Under the pieces are notes generated by a model, which made no database searches, was not told where the DNA came from, and saw only the letters and a list, made by a program, of their open reading frames with translations. 25,453 nucleotides of DNA from an uncultured Gemmatimonadaceae bacterium. Lineage in GTDB: Bacteria > Gemmatimonadota > Gemmatimonadetes > Longimicrobiales > Gaopeijiaceae. Each line of letters opens with the position of its first letter. Position 1 is the stretch's first letter. Where the stretch lies: contig CAYGKI010000002.1 of assembly GCA_964350235.1 (NCBI GenBank), positions 5,974-31,426 of the forward strand. The letters run 5' to 3'. Positions 7,279 through 15,598 of the stretch are shown one piece after another. The translations under genes and the position numbers were made by a program.

Positions 7279-7647
7279 CTACGCGGAGGGAGGTGCCCGC
7301 GGGCCGGAGGAGCCCTGGAGAAGGCGATGGGACCGCCTCAGCTCCGGGACCGAGAAAGGCTCGGCGAGATTGCCGAGAGGATGCCCGAGTGCGACGGTGG
7401 CCGGGACCCGGGCCGGCGTGGCGAGCGCGTTGGCGCGCACCAGCTGACAGAACGCATGGTCGTGGTGGGGCGTGCAGTCGTCACTCCCCGGGGACTCGAC
7501 GTGGACCGGAACCCCGTATCGCTCGACGTCGAGAACGCCGTCCGCCGCCGGCAGGGCAACTGCCCCTGCCAACTGCAGAACAGCCAGCACCAGCACGCCC
7601 AAGCGGCGGCCGAAACCGGGGTCCCCATCGTGTTTGCGAGCGTTCAT
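7279..7647 (-). CDS. DUF2946/CruR-like upstream leader protein with C-terminal RAPP ribosome-arrest motif
   Basis: 122 aa: hydrophobic N-terminal segment (RRLGVLVLAVLQLAGAVALPAA), metal-ligand cluster VHVE...DDCTPHHDHAFCQL, Pro/Ala spacer, and ...SSGPRAPPSA-stop (RAPP codons 7299-7288), directly upstream of a TonB-dependent receptor. Confidence 0.8.
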   Translation of the reverse strand: MNARKHDGDPGFGRRLGVLVLAVLQLAGAVALPAADGVLDVERYGVPVHVESPGSDDCTPHHDHAFCQLVRANALATPARVPATVALGHPLGNLAEPFSVPELRRSHRLLQGSSGPRAPPSA

Positions 7648-7720
7648 GCGCGGCCCTTCGTGACCGTCCGAGTCGCGGGAGTTCGTGGAAGATACCGACC
7701 TTCCCCACGTCGGGTTCCCG

Positions 7721-8743
7721 TCACCGAACCTCGAAGACCGTGTTCTGAGCCAGCTCGAGATACGACAACGAGGCGTTGGCCCGACTCACGTTGCAGGAGT
7801 GGTAGCGGATGTCTCCATCCGCTTCCACCGCGTCGTACGGCTGTGAGGAAGAGAATCCCCCCACGACCATCCCGTCGATGTCACCACGGATACGGTCGTC
7901 GATCCAGCCCGCCAGGACGATCCCGTCCCATGAGAAGCTGGGGTTGGCGTCGAACTCTTCGGTGACGATGAGCACGCCGCGCCCGCTCCAGGACGCGTTG
8001 AAGTGCCGGCTTCCGTTGATGCGGAGCACCGGGCACGAACCGGCGGGCAGGGCTCCGAAGTCGGGCCTCACGTCCTCGAAGTCCACCGGGACCGACGGAT
8101 CGGCGAGGAAGTCCCACCGGATCCCGCTCTGCTCGAGGAAGTCCGCGTGCGTCCCGCTCCAGAGGAGGGCGGGCGGGCTTCCCGTCAGGGTTCCGTCGAC
8201 ATCGATGTCGTCCTCGGCCACGGCGCCGGGAATGCTCGGGGCAGTCCCTCCCGGACAGACTGCACCACCGAAGTCGTCCCCGCTGACCGTGCCGTCCACG
8301 TCCAGCTCCTCCACCCGGACCACCAGCGCGGCGTGGAGCGGCAAGGGGCTCCGGCGCTGGTAGGCGTAGGCCCCGACCACGCGGCGGGCGGGGGTATCGG
8401 GGAGGAGCGGATCCACCACGGAGGCCTCGGATCGAATGAAATACACGTGGGTCGAAGCATCGACCACCGAGACGCGCCGCGCCGTCACCAGCGCCTCCCC
8501 ACCGCCGATGGCATACCGACCCGAGTCGGCCACCACGCCGAGCTGCTCCGAGACGAAGCGCTGGAGCCCGCCACGAGCGATGGCCAGGGCTTCTTCCCCC
8601 TGGGTCGCGTAGCGCGCCATCCGCGTCTCGGCGCTCACCATGAGATAGCCGGCCGTGCCCATCACCGAGATGGCGAAAAGCATCAGGACCACGAGAGCGA
8701 GAACGAATCCGCCCTCCCCGGACGTGGGACGAGGCCCTCTCAC
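7721..8743 (-). CDS. pilX: PilX/GspK-like minor pilin with extended C-terminal domain (~340 aa)
   Basis: GTG 8743 overlaps the pilW stop (GTGA); prepilin site G|FVLALVVLMLFAI lacks Glu5, typical of PilX/GspK; ALAIARGGL helix; C-terminal Gly/Asp/Val-rich repeats. Confidence 0.8.
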   Translation of the reverse strand: MRGPRPTSGEGGFVLALVVLMLFAISVMGTAGYLMVSAETRMARYATQGEEALAIARGGLQRFVSEQLGVVADSGRYAIGGGEALVTARRVSVVDASTHVYFIRSEASVVDPLLPDTPARRVVGAYAYQRRSPLPLHAALVVRVEELDVDGTVSGDDFGGAVCPGGTAPSIPGAVAEDDIDVDGTLTGSPPALLWSGTHADFLEQSGIRWDFLADPSVPVDFEDVRPDFGALPAGSCPVLRINGSRHFNASWSGRGVLIVTEEFDANPSFSWDGIVLAGWIDDRIRGDIDGMVVGGFSSSQPYDAVEADGDIRYHSCNVSRANASLSYLELAQNTVFEVR

Positions 8744-9597
8744 GGCACGTTCCTCAACAGGAGGTTCGTGGCGATTCCGAAGGAGATCTCGTCTTCTGGC
8801 CCCGTCCCGGTGGGTCTTCGGACGTTCATGACCAGGCGCACGCCGTCCACGTTCCCCACCGACCCCGCCGTCACCGTGTCCTGGTAGCTCCCACCCCCGG
8901 TTCGATACCGGAACGCGCTCGTGCTGTCCATGCCGGACGCGAACTCCACGGCATCCCCGCCGTAAGGCTGACGGAAGAGCGCCAGGGTGCCCGGCTCCAG
9001 GGCGGACGGACCGATCCGGAACGTGATCTCCCTGAAGAGCATGAGCACCTCGCCCACGTCGGGGACATCCAGCCCGTACAGGAAGAGCAGCCGCCGGATG
9101 GAATGGAACTCGTCCGCCACGCCGAGCGTGTCCGCTCCGTTCCCCGCGCACCGGCCGGCGCTCCCGGAGCTTCCGCCGTTGAGGAAGCCCCAGGTGGCGC
9201 GCTGGTAGTCCCACGCCCCGGACGCTTCGTCCAGGACCGCCACGCCGGCCACCTCGTCGGTGGCCAGCGCCGCGACGCCACCATCCACATGGACATCCAC
9301 ATTGGGGAGGAAGAATCCGGACCGTCCGCACGCGCTCACCACGGCGACGGGGGAACGCACCGTGAGCGTCCTGGCTCCGGCCACCAGGATGCCGTCCCTC
9401 ATGGACGAGCGCAGCTCACGCGCCACGAGATCCGTGGCGGCCCGGACATTGTCGTGCGCCGCAGCGAGCGCGGCCTGGGTGGCCTGGGCCCGATTCTGGG
9501 CGAGGAACGTCGAGCTCACGAGGACGATGACCAGAGAAGACAGCACCAGCGCGATGAGCGCCTCCACGAGCGTGAACCCTCCGCGGGGGCTTCTCAC
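8740..9597 (-). CDS. pilW: PilW/GspJ-like minor pilin (~285 aa)
   Basis: GTG 9597 overlaps the pilV stop (GTGA); G|FTLVEALIALVLSSLV...DLVARELRS. Confidence 0.85.
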   Translation of the reverse strand: MRSPRGGFTLVEALIALVLSSLVIVLVSSTFLAQNRAQATQAALAAAHDNVRAATDLVARELRSSMRDGILVAGARTLTVRSPVAVVSACGRSGFFLPNVDVHVDGGVAALATDEVAGVAVLDEASGAWDYQRATWGFLNGGSSGSAGRCAGNGADTLGVADEFHSIRRLLFLYGLDVPDVGEVLMLFREITFRIGPSALEPGTLALFRQPYGGDAVEFASGMDSTSAFRYRTGGGSYQDTVTAGSVGNVDGVRLVMNVRRPTGTGPEDEISFGIATNLLLRNVP

Positions 9598-9983
9598 CAG
9601 ACCTCCGAGACGTAGGAGGTGACCTGGTAGGAAGGCCCTTCGGACCCTCTGGGCCGTAGCGTGACGTCGACGCGCATGAGCAGCGGAGAGAGACGGGTGA
9701 GCGAGACGGTCCGATCGTAGTCGAGCCCCGAGACCACCACCACATCCACGTCGGAGCCCGCCACCAGCGAAGAGAAGGGCTCGGCCCCCAGGGAATCCAG
9801 CCGTTCCGCCGCCCTCAGCGCCAGGGCGGAGGAGATGCCGGCGTAGCGCATCTGCGTGCTGGTCGCGGTGCTGAGGCGGATCACCATGAGCACGCCCACG
9901 GCGAACACGACGAACGCAGCCACCACTTCGATGAGCGTGAAGCCGCCCCGGCGGACACGGTCCGAGCGAGCGATGCGGATCAC
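9594..9983 (-). CDS. pilV: PilV/GspI-like minor pilin (129 aa)
   Basis: GTG 9983 overlaps the fimT stop; G|FTLIEVVAAFVVFAVGVL...AAERLDSL. Confidence 0.85.
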   Translation of the reverse strand: MIRIARSDRVRRGGFTLIEVVAAFVVFAVGVLMVIRLSTATSTQMRYAGISSALALRAAERLDSLGAEPFSSLVAGSDVDVVVVSGLDYDRTVSLTRLSPLLMRVDVTLRPRGSEGPSYQVTSYVSEVW

Positions 9984-10447
9984 GGTGCCTGGACGCGCGA
10001 CGAGCCGAGGGCGTTGAACGACACCCGGTACTCGGTGGACCCGGCCACGAAGCGAGCCACACCCAGCGTTCCGGAGGCTCCGGAAAGGTCGGCGAACCCC
10101 CGGCGGTCGAAGAGGACCGTATCACCCGCGAGCTCGAGAGCGATCTCCGAGAGCTCCAGCCCGTCCGAGCTGGAGAACCGTCTTTGCACCAGCTCCGTGG
10201 CCCCGTCCAGCGTGGCAACCTCGTACCGGAGGCTACCCTCGAAGAAGCGCAGGACCACGGGTGTCTGGCTCCGTACGGCGAGCTGCCTCGCCTGGGTGAG
10301 GTCCTGGGCGAACACCTGCGCCGCCTGGCGGGCGGCGCTCCTGCTGAAGTACTGCGCCAAAGTGACCGCCGCGAAGCCCATGGTGACCGCGCTCAACGTC
10401 AGCACGGCCAACAGCTCGATGAGCGTGAACCCCCTGGCCCGCGTCAT
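9980..10447 (-). CDS. fimT: FimT/FimU/GspH-like minor pilin (~155 aa)
   Basis: ATG 10447 overlaps the gdh stop (ATGA) with GAGGTG upstream; MTRARG|FTLIELLAVL...AQDLTQARQLAV...VLFDRRGF...VSFNALG. Confidence 0.85.
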   Translation of the reverse strand: MTRARGFTLIELLAVLTLSAVTMGFAAVTLAQYFSRSAARQAAQVFAQDLTQARQLAVRSQTPVVLRFFEGSLRYEVATLDGATELVQRRFSSSDGLELSEIALELAGDTVLFDRRGFADLSGASGTLGVARFVAGSTEYRVSFNALGSSRVQAP

Positions 10448-13400
10448 GCACCTCGATCCGCCAGGGCCGCCAACTCGCGGATCACCACGGACACGGCCGC
10501 GAAGCCCACGGTGCCCTCGGCCTTCAGGTCCGTGATCAGGTTCCGGTACCGTTCGATCTCCCGGGCCCTCATCCTCAGCAAGCGCTCGGTGGCCTGCTCG
10601 ATCCCCTGGTCGTCCTCCGCCCGCCGGAGCACCGAGGCGATGAGCTTCCGGTGGGCCCGGGCAAGGTCCTCGGCGAGGGCCTGGGCGGCCCGCTGCTCCC
10701 AGTGGTCCCCACCCGCCGTGGCGAAGGTCGTCCGTCGGAGCCACGGGACATCGAAGAGATCGGAGATTCGATAGAAGACCTGCGCCGCGGCCACCGGGTC
10801 GGCCTCCGTCTCGCGCGCAATCTCCAGGATCTCCAGGAGCTGGTCGAGGAAGCGCAGCGTGATCAATCGACGGGAGAACAGGTCGTCCGCGCCCACCTTA
10901 CGGATCTCCTGGACCCGGGCTTCGAAGAGCGTCCTGTCCTCGCCCTGGACGAAGGACTCGAAGTGCTCTCTCAGGACCGCCAGTCCGGGTACGCTCCGCT
11001 CCACCACCGTCGCTGGCGACACGTCCGGATCCACGTTCTGGAGGACCCAGCGGGTCGTGCGCTCCAGCACCCTGGCGAGCCCCAGAATCCACCGGTACGC
11101 CACCCTGAGGTTAAGTCGATCGTGCTGCTCGCCGATCTGCGCCATGAGCGCCCGGTGGTCGGCGAGGCGAGACGCCACGAGCCAGGCCCGCGCCACGTCC
11201 TCCACCCGGGAGCCGGTGTCCCGGGCCACCCGGGTCACGAAGGTGGCGCCCATGATGTCCACCAGATCGTTGGTGAGCTGACTGGCGATGATCTCCCGCC
11301 GCAGGCGATGTCCCTCCAGGTGTGATCGGCCGGCGGCGTTGATGGCCGATGACGGGAAGTACCCCAGGAGATAGCTCTCCGTGACCGGGTCGTCCGGGAG
11401 CCCTCCGGCCAGAAGGCGGGTCTTCAGAGCGAGCTTGGCATACGCGAGGAGGACGCAGAGCTCCGGCCTGACCAGCGACTGCCCACGCTCCCTCCGCTCG
11501 CCCAGGACATCCAGCGAGGGAAGTCCTTCCGAAAGCCTGTCCAGCTCCCCCGTCTTCTCCAGGGCGAACATGAACTCGCGGAAATCGTCGAAGCCCTCCT
11601 TGGCCCGCTGCTCGTCCAACGAGACGGCCAGGCTCTGGGAGCGGTTGTCGTCCAACACCAGGTCGGCCACACCCTCGGTGAGGTCCTCCAGGAGCCGGTT
11701 CCGGTCGTCCTGGGACATGGCGCCCCCGACCACGGAAGGCGCGAGGAGGATCTTCAGATTCACCTCATGGTCCGACATGTCGACGCCGGCCGAGTTGTCC
11801 AGGGCGTCGGTGTTGGCACGCCCTCCCCGCAGGGCGTAGGCGATCCTGGCCTTCTGGGTCAATCCCAGGTTTCCACCTTCGCCCAACACGGCGCATCGGA
11901 GCTCGGAGGCGTCCACGCGCACGGCGTCGTTGGAAGGGTCGCCGGCGTCGGCGTGGGTCTCACCATCTTCTTTGACGTACGTGCCGATGCCGCCGTTCCA
12001 CAGCAGCTCGACGGGAGCCTTGAGTACCAGCCGGATGAGCGACTCCCCGTCCATGGTCCCGGGCTCATCCTCTCCCACCCCCAGGGCGGTCCGCGCCTCC
12101 GGCGTCAGCTCCACCTCCTTGGCTCCCCGGGGGACGATCATCCCGCCTTCGCTGAGCAGCGAGCGATCGTAGTCGTCCCAGCTGCTCCGCCCCAGTCCGA
12201 AGAGCCTCCGGCGCTCCGCGAAGGAGGTGGCGGGATCGGGGTCGGGGTCGATGAACACGTGCCGATGATCGAAGGCCGCCACGAGCCGAATCTGCTCGGA
12301 AAGGAGCATGCCGTTGCCGAAGACGTCCCCGCTCATGTCGCCGATCCCGGCCACCGTGAAGGGCTGAGACTGGATGTCCTTGCCCTTCTCCCGGAAATGC
12401 CGCTTCACGCACTCCCAGGCACCCCGGGCGGTGATGCCGACCTCCTTGTGGTCGTATCCGTTGGAGCCGCCCGAAGCGAAGGCGTCGTCCAGCCAGAATC
12501 CGTACTCCGCCGATACCGCGTTGGCCAGGTCGGAGAAGGTGGCGGTGCCCTTGTCCGCCGCCACGACCAGATATGGATCCGGTGGATCCCAGCAGACCAC
12601 CGCTTCGGAGATCCCGGGCCGTCCGTCCGCCAGGTTGTCGGTGATGTCCAGAAGGCCACGGATCAGCGTGCGATACTGGCGGCGTCCCTCCTCCCAGCGC
12701 TCCTCGGCGTCCGCTGGAACCACCCGGGTGATGAACCCGCCCTTGGATCCACCGGGCACGATGACCGCGTTCTTGACCACCTGGGTGCGGACGAGGCCCA
12801 GCACCTCGGTCCGGAAGTCGTCGGGGCGGTCGCTCCACCGGATGCCGCCCCGGGCGACACGGGCGCCGCGAAGATGGATGCCCTCCATGCGGGACGAGTG
12901 CACCCACACCTCGTAGAGCAGGCGTGTGGTCCTCCCGAAGTCCAGGCTCTCGCTGGCGAACTTGAACGAGATGTACGGCACCCCTCCGGATCGCGCCGAA
13001 GGGTCGGCGGCCCCGGTGCGGTAGTAGTTCGTGCGCACCGTCGCAGCGATGAGCTGCTCCAGCCTCCGAAGCGCCCGATCGTCGGAAAGGAGGTCCACCC
13101 CCTTGAGGGAGGCATGGAAGGCGCTCCGGATGTCGGTGGCCGCCCGTTCCCGTTCCTTTGTGGACATCCTGCGGTCGGGGTCGAACCGCGTCTGGAACAG
13201 CTCGAAGAGCTCTCCGGCGATCCCCGGGTGCGAGACCAGCGCCGATGGCAGCGCCAGCCGGCTGGGCACCGCCCTCATCTGGAAGGCGAACCCGGAGTAG
13301 GCGCGGAGCACATCCACTTCGCGCCACCGCAATCCGGCGGTGAGCACCAGTCCGTTGAGGCGGTCGCTCACGGCGTCTCCATCGCGCACGGCGAGGATGG

Positions 13401-15357
13401 TCTCGGAGAGCAGGCCCCCCCTCCGCTCCACGTCGATGCGCTGGCCGGCGGCGTCGAGCACGGCGAACACGTAGACCGTCGCGTCCGGATCCCCGTCTCC
13501 CGCCACCACGAACGGCTTCACCGCCAACACCTTGAGGCCGCAATCCTCGAGGACGGGCATGAAGTCCGAGAGCACCAGGTGCTCGCCACGGAGGAAGACC
13601 TTGAGCTCGGTGACGTCCTCGGCCCCCGCCACCCGGATTCCGGGTCCACGATTCGTGAACGATATGGACGTCGCCTGCCCGTCGGCCTTCATGGCTTCCA
13701 GTATCGCGATGTCGGTGGCGGCGACCTGCGGATCCGTGGCGGCCTGATACTCCCGACTCATGCGGGTCGCGTAGATCCGGGCCAGGGCCCTCGCCTCGTC
13801 GGAGCCGTGGGTCTGCTCCAGCTCTTCCTGCACCCGGTCCTGCCAGGTGCGGATGAGGCGGGCGACGGCCTGCTCCAGCTCCTGCGTATCCACCTGGGCG
13901 GCACGGTCCGGTGGGGCACCCATATGGAAGTGGAGCCTCGCCTGGTCGCCGGATCCCAGCGCGAGGTGGTAGTTGAGCACGTCACCGTCGAAGGCGCGGA
14001 CCAGCTCCCGCTCGATCTCCTTCCGGACCGCCCCGGAGAACCGCTCCTTGGGCAGGATCACCATCACCGAGAGACCCCGTTGCAGGGGGTCCTCACGGAG
14101 CGCCACCCTGACGTCGTCGGTGTTGTACGCCGTGAGCACCGTGCGGATGTCCGCACCGATCTTCTCCGCCGAAGTGAGGAACAACTCCTCCTTCGGCATG
14201 GAGTTGAAGATCGTGATGATCTCCTTGAAGTCGTGGGAGCCGGGACGCACCCCCGAGTCTTCCAGGATGTCCGCGAGCTTGCGCCGGAGAATGGGGATGT
14301 TCTCCGCGGCCTCCGAGTAGGCCCGCGAGGTGAACAGCCCCAGGAACCGGTGCTCACCCACGGCACGGCCGGAGGCGTCGAGCTTCTTGACGCCGATGTA
14401 GTCCATGCGTGCCCGTCGATGGACCGTGGACTCCGCGTTGGCCTTGCTGATGATCAGGACCGGCCCTTCCTCGGCGAGTCTGCGCATGCCCTCGTCCAGG
14501 CGGGACAGCCGGACGCCGGCGGCGAAGCGTGACTCCGCCTCGTTGCGGAGCACGCCCAGCCCCGATCCCGGCTCGACGATGACGGTCCGATCGTCACCGA
14601 CCTCGTCGGGCACGAAGTCGTATGCCCGGTATCCCAGGAAGACGAAGCCGCCGTCCCGAAGCCACTCGAGGAACGCGCTGATCTCCGACAGCTCGCCGGC
14701 GAGCTCCTCGTTGCCTGCCGCGTGCGCGCCAAGATCCGCGAGGACGCGATCCACGGCGCCCAACATGGGCCCGAAATCGTCGGTGGCGCGCACCACGTCC
14801 TGCAGCCGCCGCGCAAGCTCGGCCCGGAGCTCGTCCAGTCGAGCCTCGTCCGTGACCTTGTCCACCTCGCAGTGGACCAGCGACTCCTTCGTCCCGGTGT
14901 CGGTGCCCGGACCGATGGACACCACGCTCCCACGCTCGTCGTGCTCCACGTCGAGGATGGGGTAGACCATCCACGTGACGGGGAGCTCCTGGGCGTGCAG
15001 GAACTCGCGGATGGTGTCGACGATGAAAGGTCGCTCGCTGACGTTGGTCCGGATGACCGTGTTCGGGCAGCCCCACCCCTCGTCTTCCGTGGAGGGGTTG
15101 ATGACCTGGACGTCCACCCGGTTGGCGCTGGAGGCCCTGAGGAAGCGGTAGGCGCCCAGGGTCATGCCGATGAGGTCCGGCACCGCCCGACCCCAGAGGA
15201 GATCGTCGGGGGCGCGCCGCAGGAACGCCCGGGCGAACCCGAGGGCCACGTCGGACTCGGGGGCCGGTACGGAGGACCGGATCCCGTCGCAGACCAGCTC
15301 GACGGTCTCTGCGGAATCGCGGAGTCGGCGGCGCGCCGTTCCCGTGGTATCGCTCAT
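10444..15357 (-). CDS. gdh: Large NAD-specific glutamate dehydrogenase (~1640 aa, GdhB/GDH2 type)
   Basis: NVSERPFIVD and RRARMDYIGVK N-terminal regulatory region; RFLGLFTS; EGIHLRGARVARGGIRWSDRPDDFRTEVLGL; GGSKGGF; YLVVAADKGTATFSD; YDHKEVGITARGAW; GIGDMSGDVFGNGML; LLWNGGIGTYVK; NTDALDNSAGVDMSDHEVNLKI. Start ATG 15357 preferred; GTG 15393 possible. Confidence 0.97.
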   Translation of the reverse strand: MSDTTGTARRRLRDSAETVELVCDGIRSSVPAPESDVALGFARAFLRRAPDDLLWGRAVPDLIGMTLGAYRFLRASSANRVDVQVINPSTEDEGWGCPNTVIRTNVSERPFIVDTIREFLHAQELPVTWMVYPILDVEHDERGSVVSIGPGTDTGTKESLVHCEVDKVTDEARLDELRAELARRLQDVVRATDDFGPMLGAVDRVLADLGAHAAGNEELAGELSEISAFLEWLRDGGFVFLGYRAYDFVPDEVGDDRTVIVEPGSGLGVLRNEAESRFAAGVRLSRLDEGMRRLAEEGPVLIISKANAESTVHRRARMDYIGVKKLDASGRAVGEHRFLGLFTSRAYSEAAENIPILRRKLADILEDSGVRPGSHDFKEIITIFNSMPKEELFLTSAEKIGADIRTVLTAYNTDDVRVALREDPLQRGLSVMVILPKERFSGAVRKEIERELVRAFDGDVLNYHLALGSGDQARLHFHMGAPPDRAAQVDTQELEQAVARLIRTWQDRVQEELEQTHGSDEARALARIYATRMSREYQAATDPQVAATDIAILEAMKADGQATSISFTNRGPGIRVAGAEDVTELKVFLRGEHLVLSDFMPVLEDCGLKVLAVKPFVVAGDGDPDATVYVFAVLDAAGQRIDVERRGGLLSETILAVRDGDAVSDRLNGLVLTAGLRWREVDVLRAYSGFAFQMRAVPSRLALPSALVSHPGIAGELFELFQTRFDPDRRMSTKERERAATDIRSAFHASLKGVDLLSDDRALRRLEQLIAATVRTNYYRTGAADPSARSGGVPYISFKFASESLDFGRTTRLLYEVWVHSSRMEGIHLRGARVARGGIRWSDRPDDFRTEVLGLVRTQVVKNAVIVPGGSKGGFITRVVPADAEERWEEGRRQYRTLIRGLLDITDNLADGRPGISEAVVCWDPPDPYLVVAADKGTATFSDLANAVSAEYGFWLDDAFASGGSNGYDHKEVGITARGAWECVKRHFREKGKDIQSQPFTVAGIGDMSGDVFGNGMLLSEQIRLVAAFDHRHVFIDPDPDPATSFAERRRLFGLGRSSWDDYDRSLLSEGGMIVPRGAKEVELTPEARTALGVGEDEPGTMDGESLIRLVLKAPVELLWNGGIGTYVKEDGETHADAGDPSNDAVRVDASELRCAVLGEGGNLGLTQKARIAYALRGGRANTDALDNSAGVDMSDHEVNLKILLAPSVVGGAMSQDDRNRLLEDLTEGVADLVLDDNRSQSLAVSLDEQRAKEGFDDFREFMFALEKTGELDRLSEGLPSLDVLGERRERGQSLVRPELCVLLAYAKLALKTRLLAGGLPDDPVTESYLLGYFPSSAINAAGRSHLEGHRLRREIIASQLTNDLVDIMGATFVTRVARDTGSRVEDVARAWLVASRLADHRALMAQIGEQHDRLNLRVAYRWILGLARVLERTTRWVLQNVDPDVSPATVVERSVPGLAVLREHFESFVQGEDRTLFEARVQEIRKVGADDLFSRRLITLRFLDQLLEILEIARETEADPVAAAQVFYRISDLFDVPWLRRTTFATAGGDHWEQRAAQALAEDLARAHRKLIASVLRRAEDDQGIEQATERLLRMRAREIERYRNLITDLKAEGTVGFAAVSVVIRELAALADRGA

Positions 15358-15598
15358 GGATTCAACAGGTCGCTGCGAGGGAAGCTCTGCCACACGACCG
15401 CCGCCACCCCATCACGCGCGGAGCCATGATCTCAGATCGTTGGACGCATGCGACCTGTCCAGGGGGCCCGGGGAGCGTCGGAGCGAGGATGTGGAGATGG
15501 AACAACGTTATCTGAGAACCGAGCGGCAGGAAACCCGGAAGACGGAGGGGGTCCCGAGATCGAATTCCCCGCCTACGGGGATTCATCTACCTTGCTTC

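Noticed and set aside
7648-7720. Possible Fur/Zur box or terminator between pilX and the RAPP leader
   Set aside because: Only an imperfect GC-rich dyad (cgtggaag...cttccccacg) with no U-tract and no AT-rich palindrome; not enough to call.
8744-10744. Long N-terminal extensions on the pilin ORFs (536, 492 and 254 aa in the track)
   Set aside because: Each true start sits a few codons before a G|F prepilin site and overlaps the previous stop; the extensions are alternative frames of upstream genes.
11767-14532. 921-aa plus-strand ORF
   Set aside because: Antisense shadow of gdh; no motifs and biased composition. Long stop-free antisense frames are expected opposite GC-rich genes.
15164-15496. 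N-terminal extension of the nuclease ORF (563 aa in the track), and likewise 19074..19535 for the hydrolase
   Set aside because: They overlap gdh antisense or the ATPase in another frame; family motifs begin at 15599 and just after 19536.
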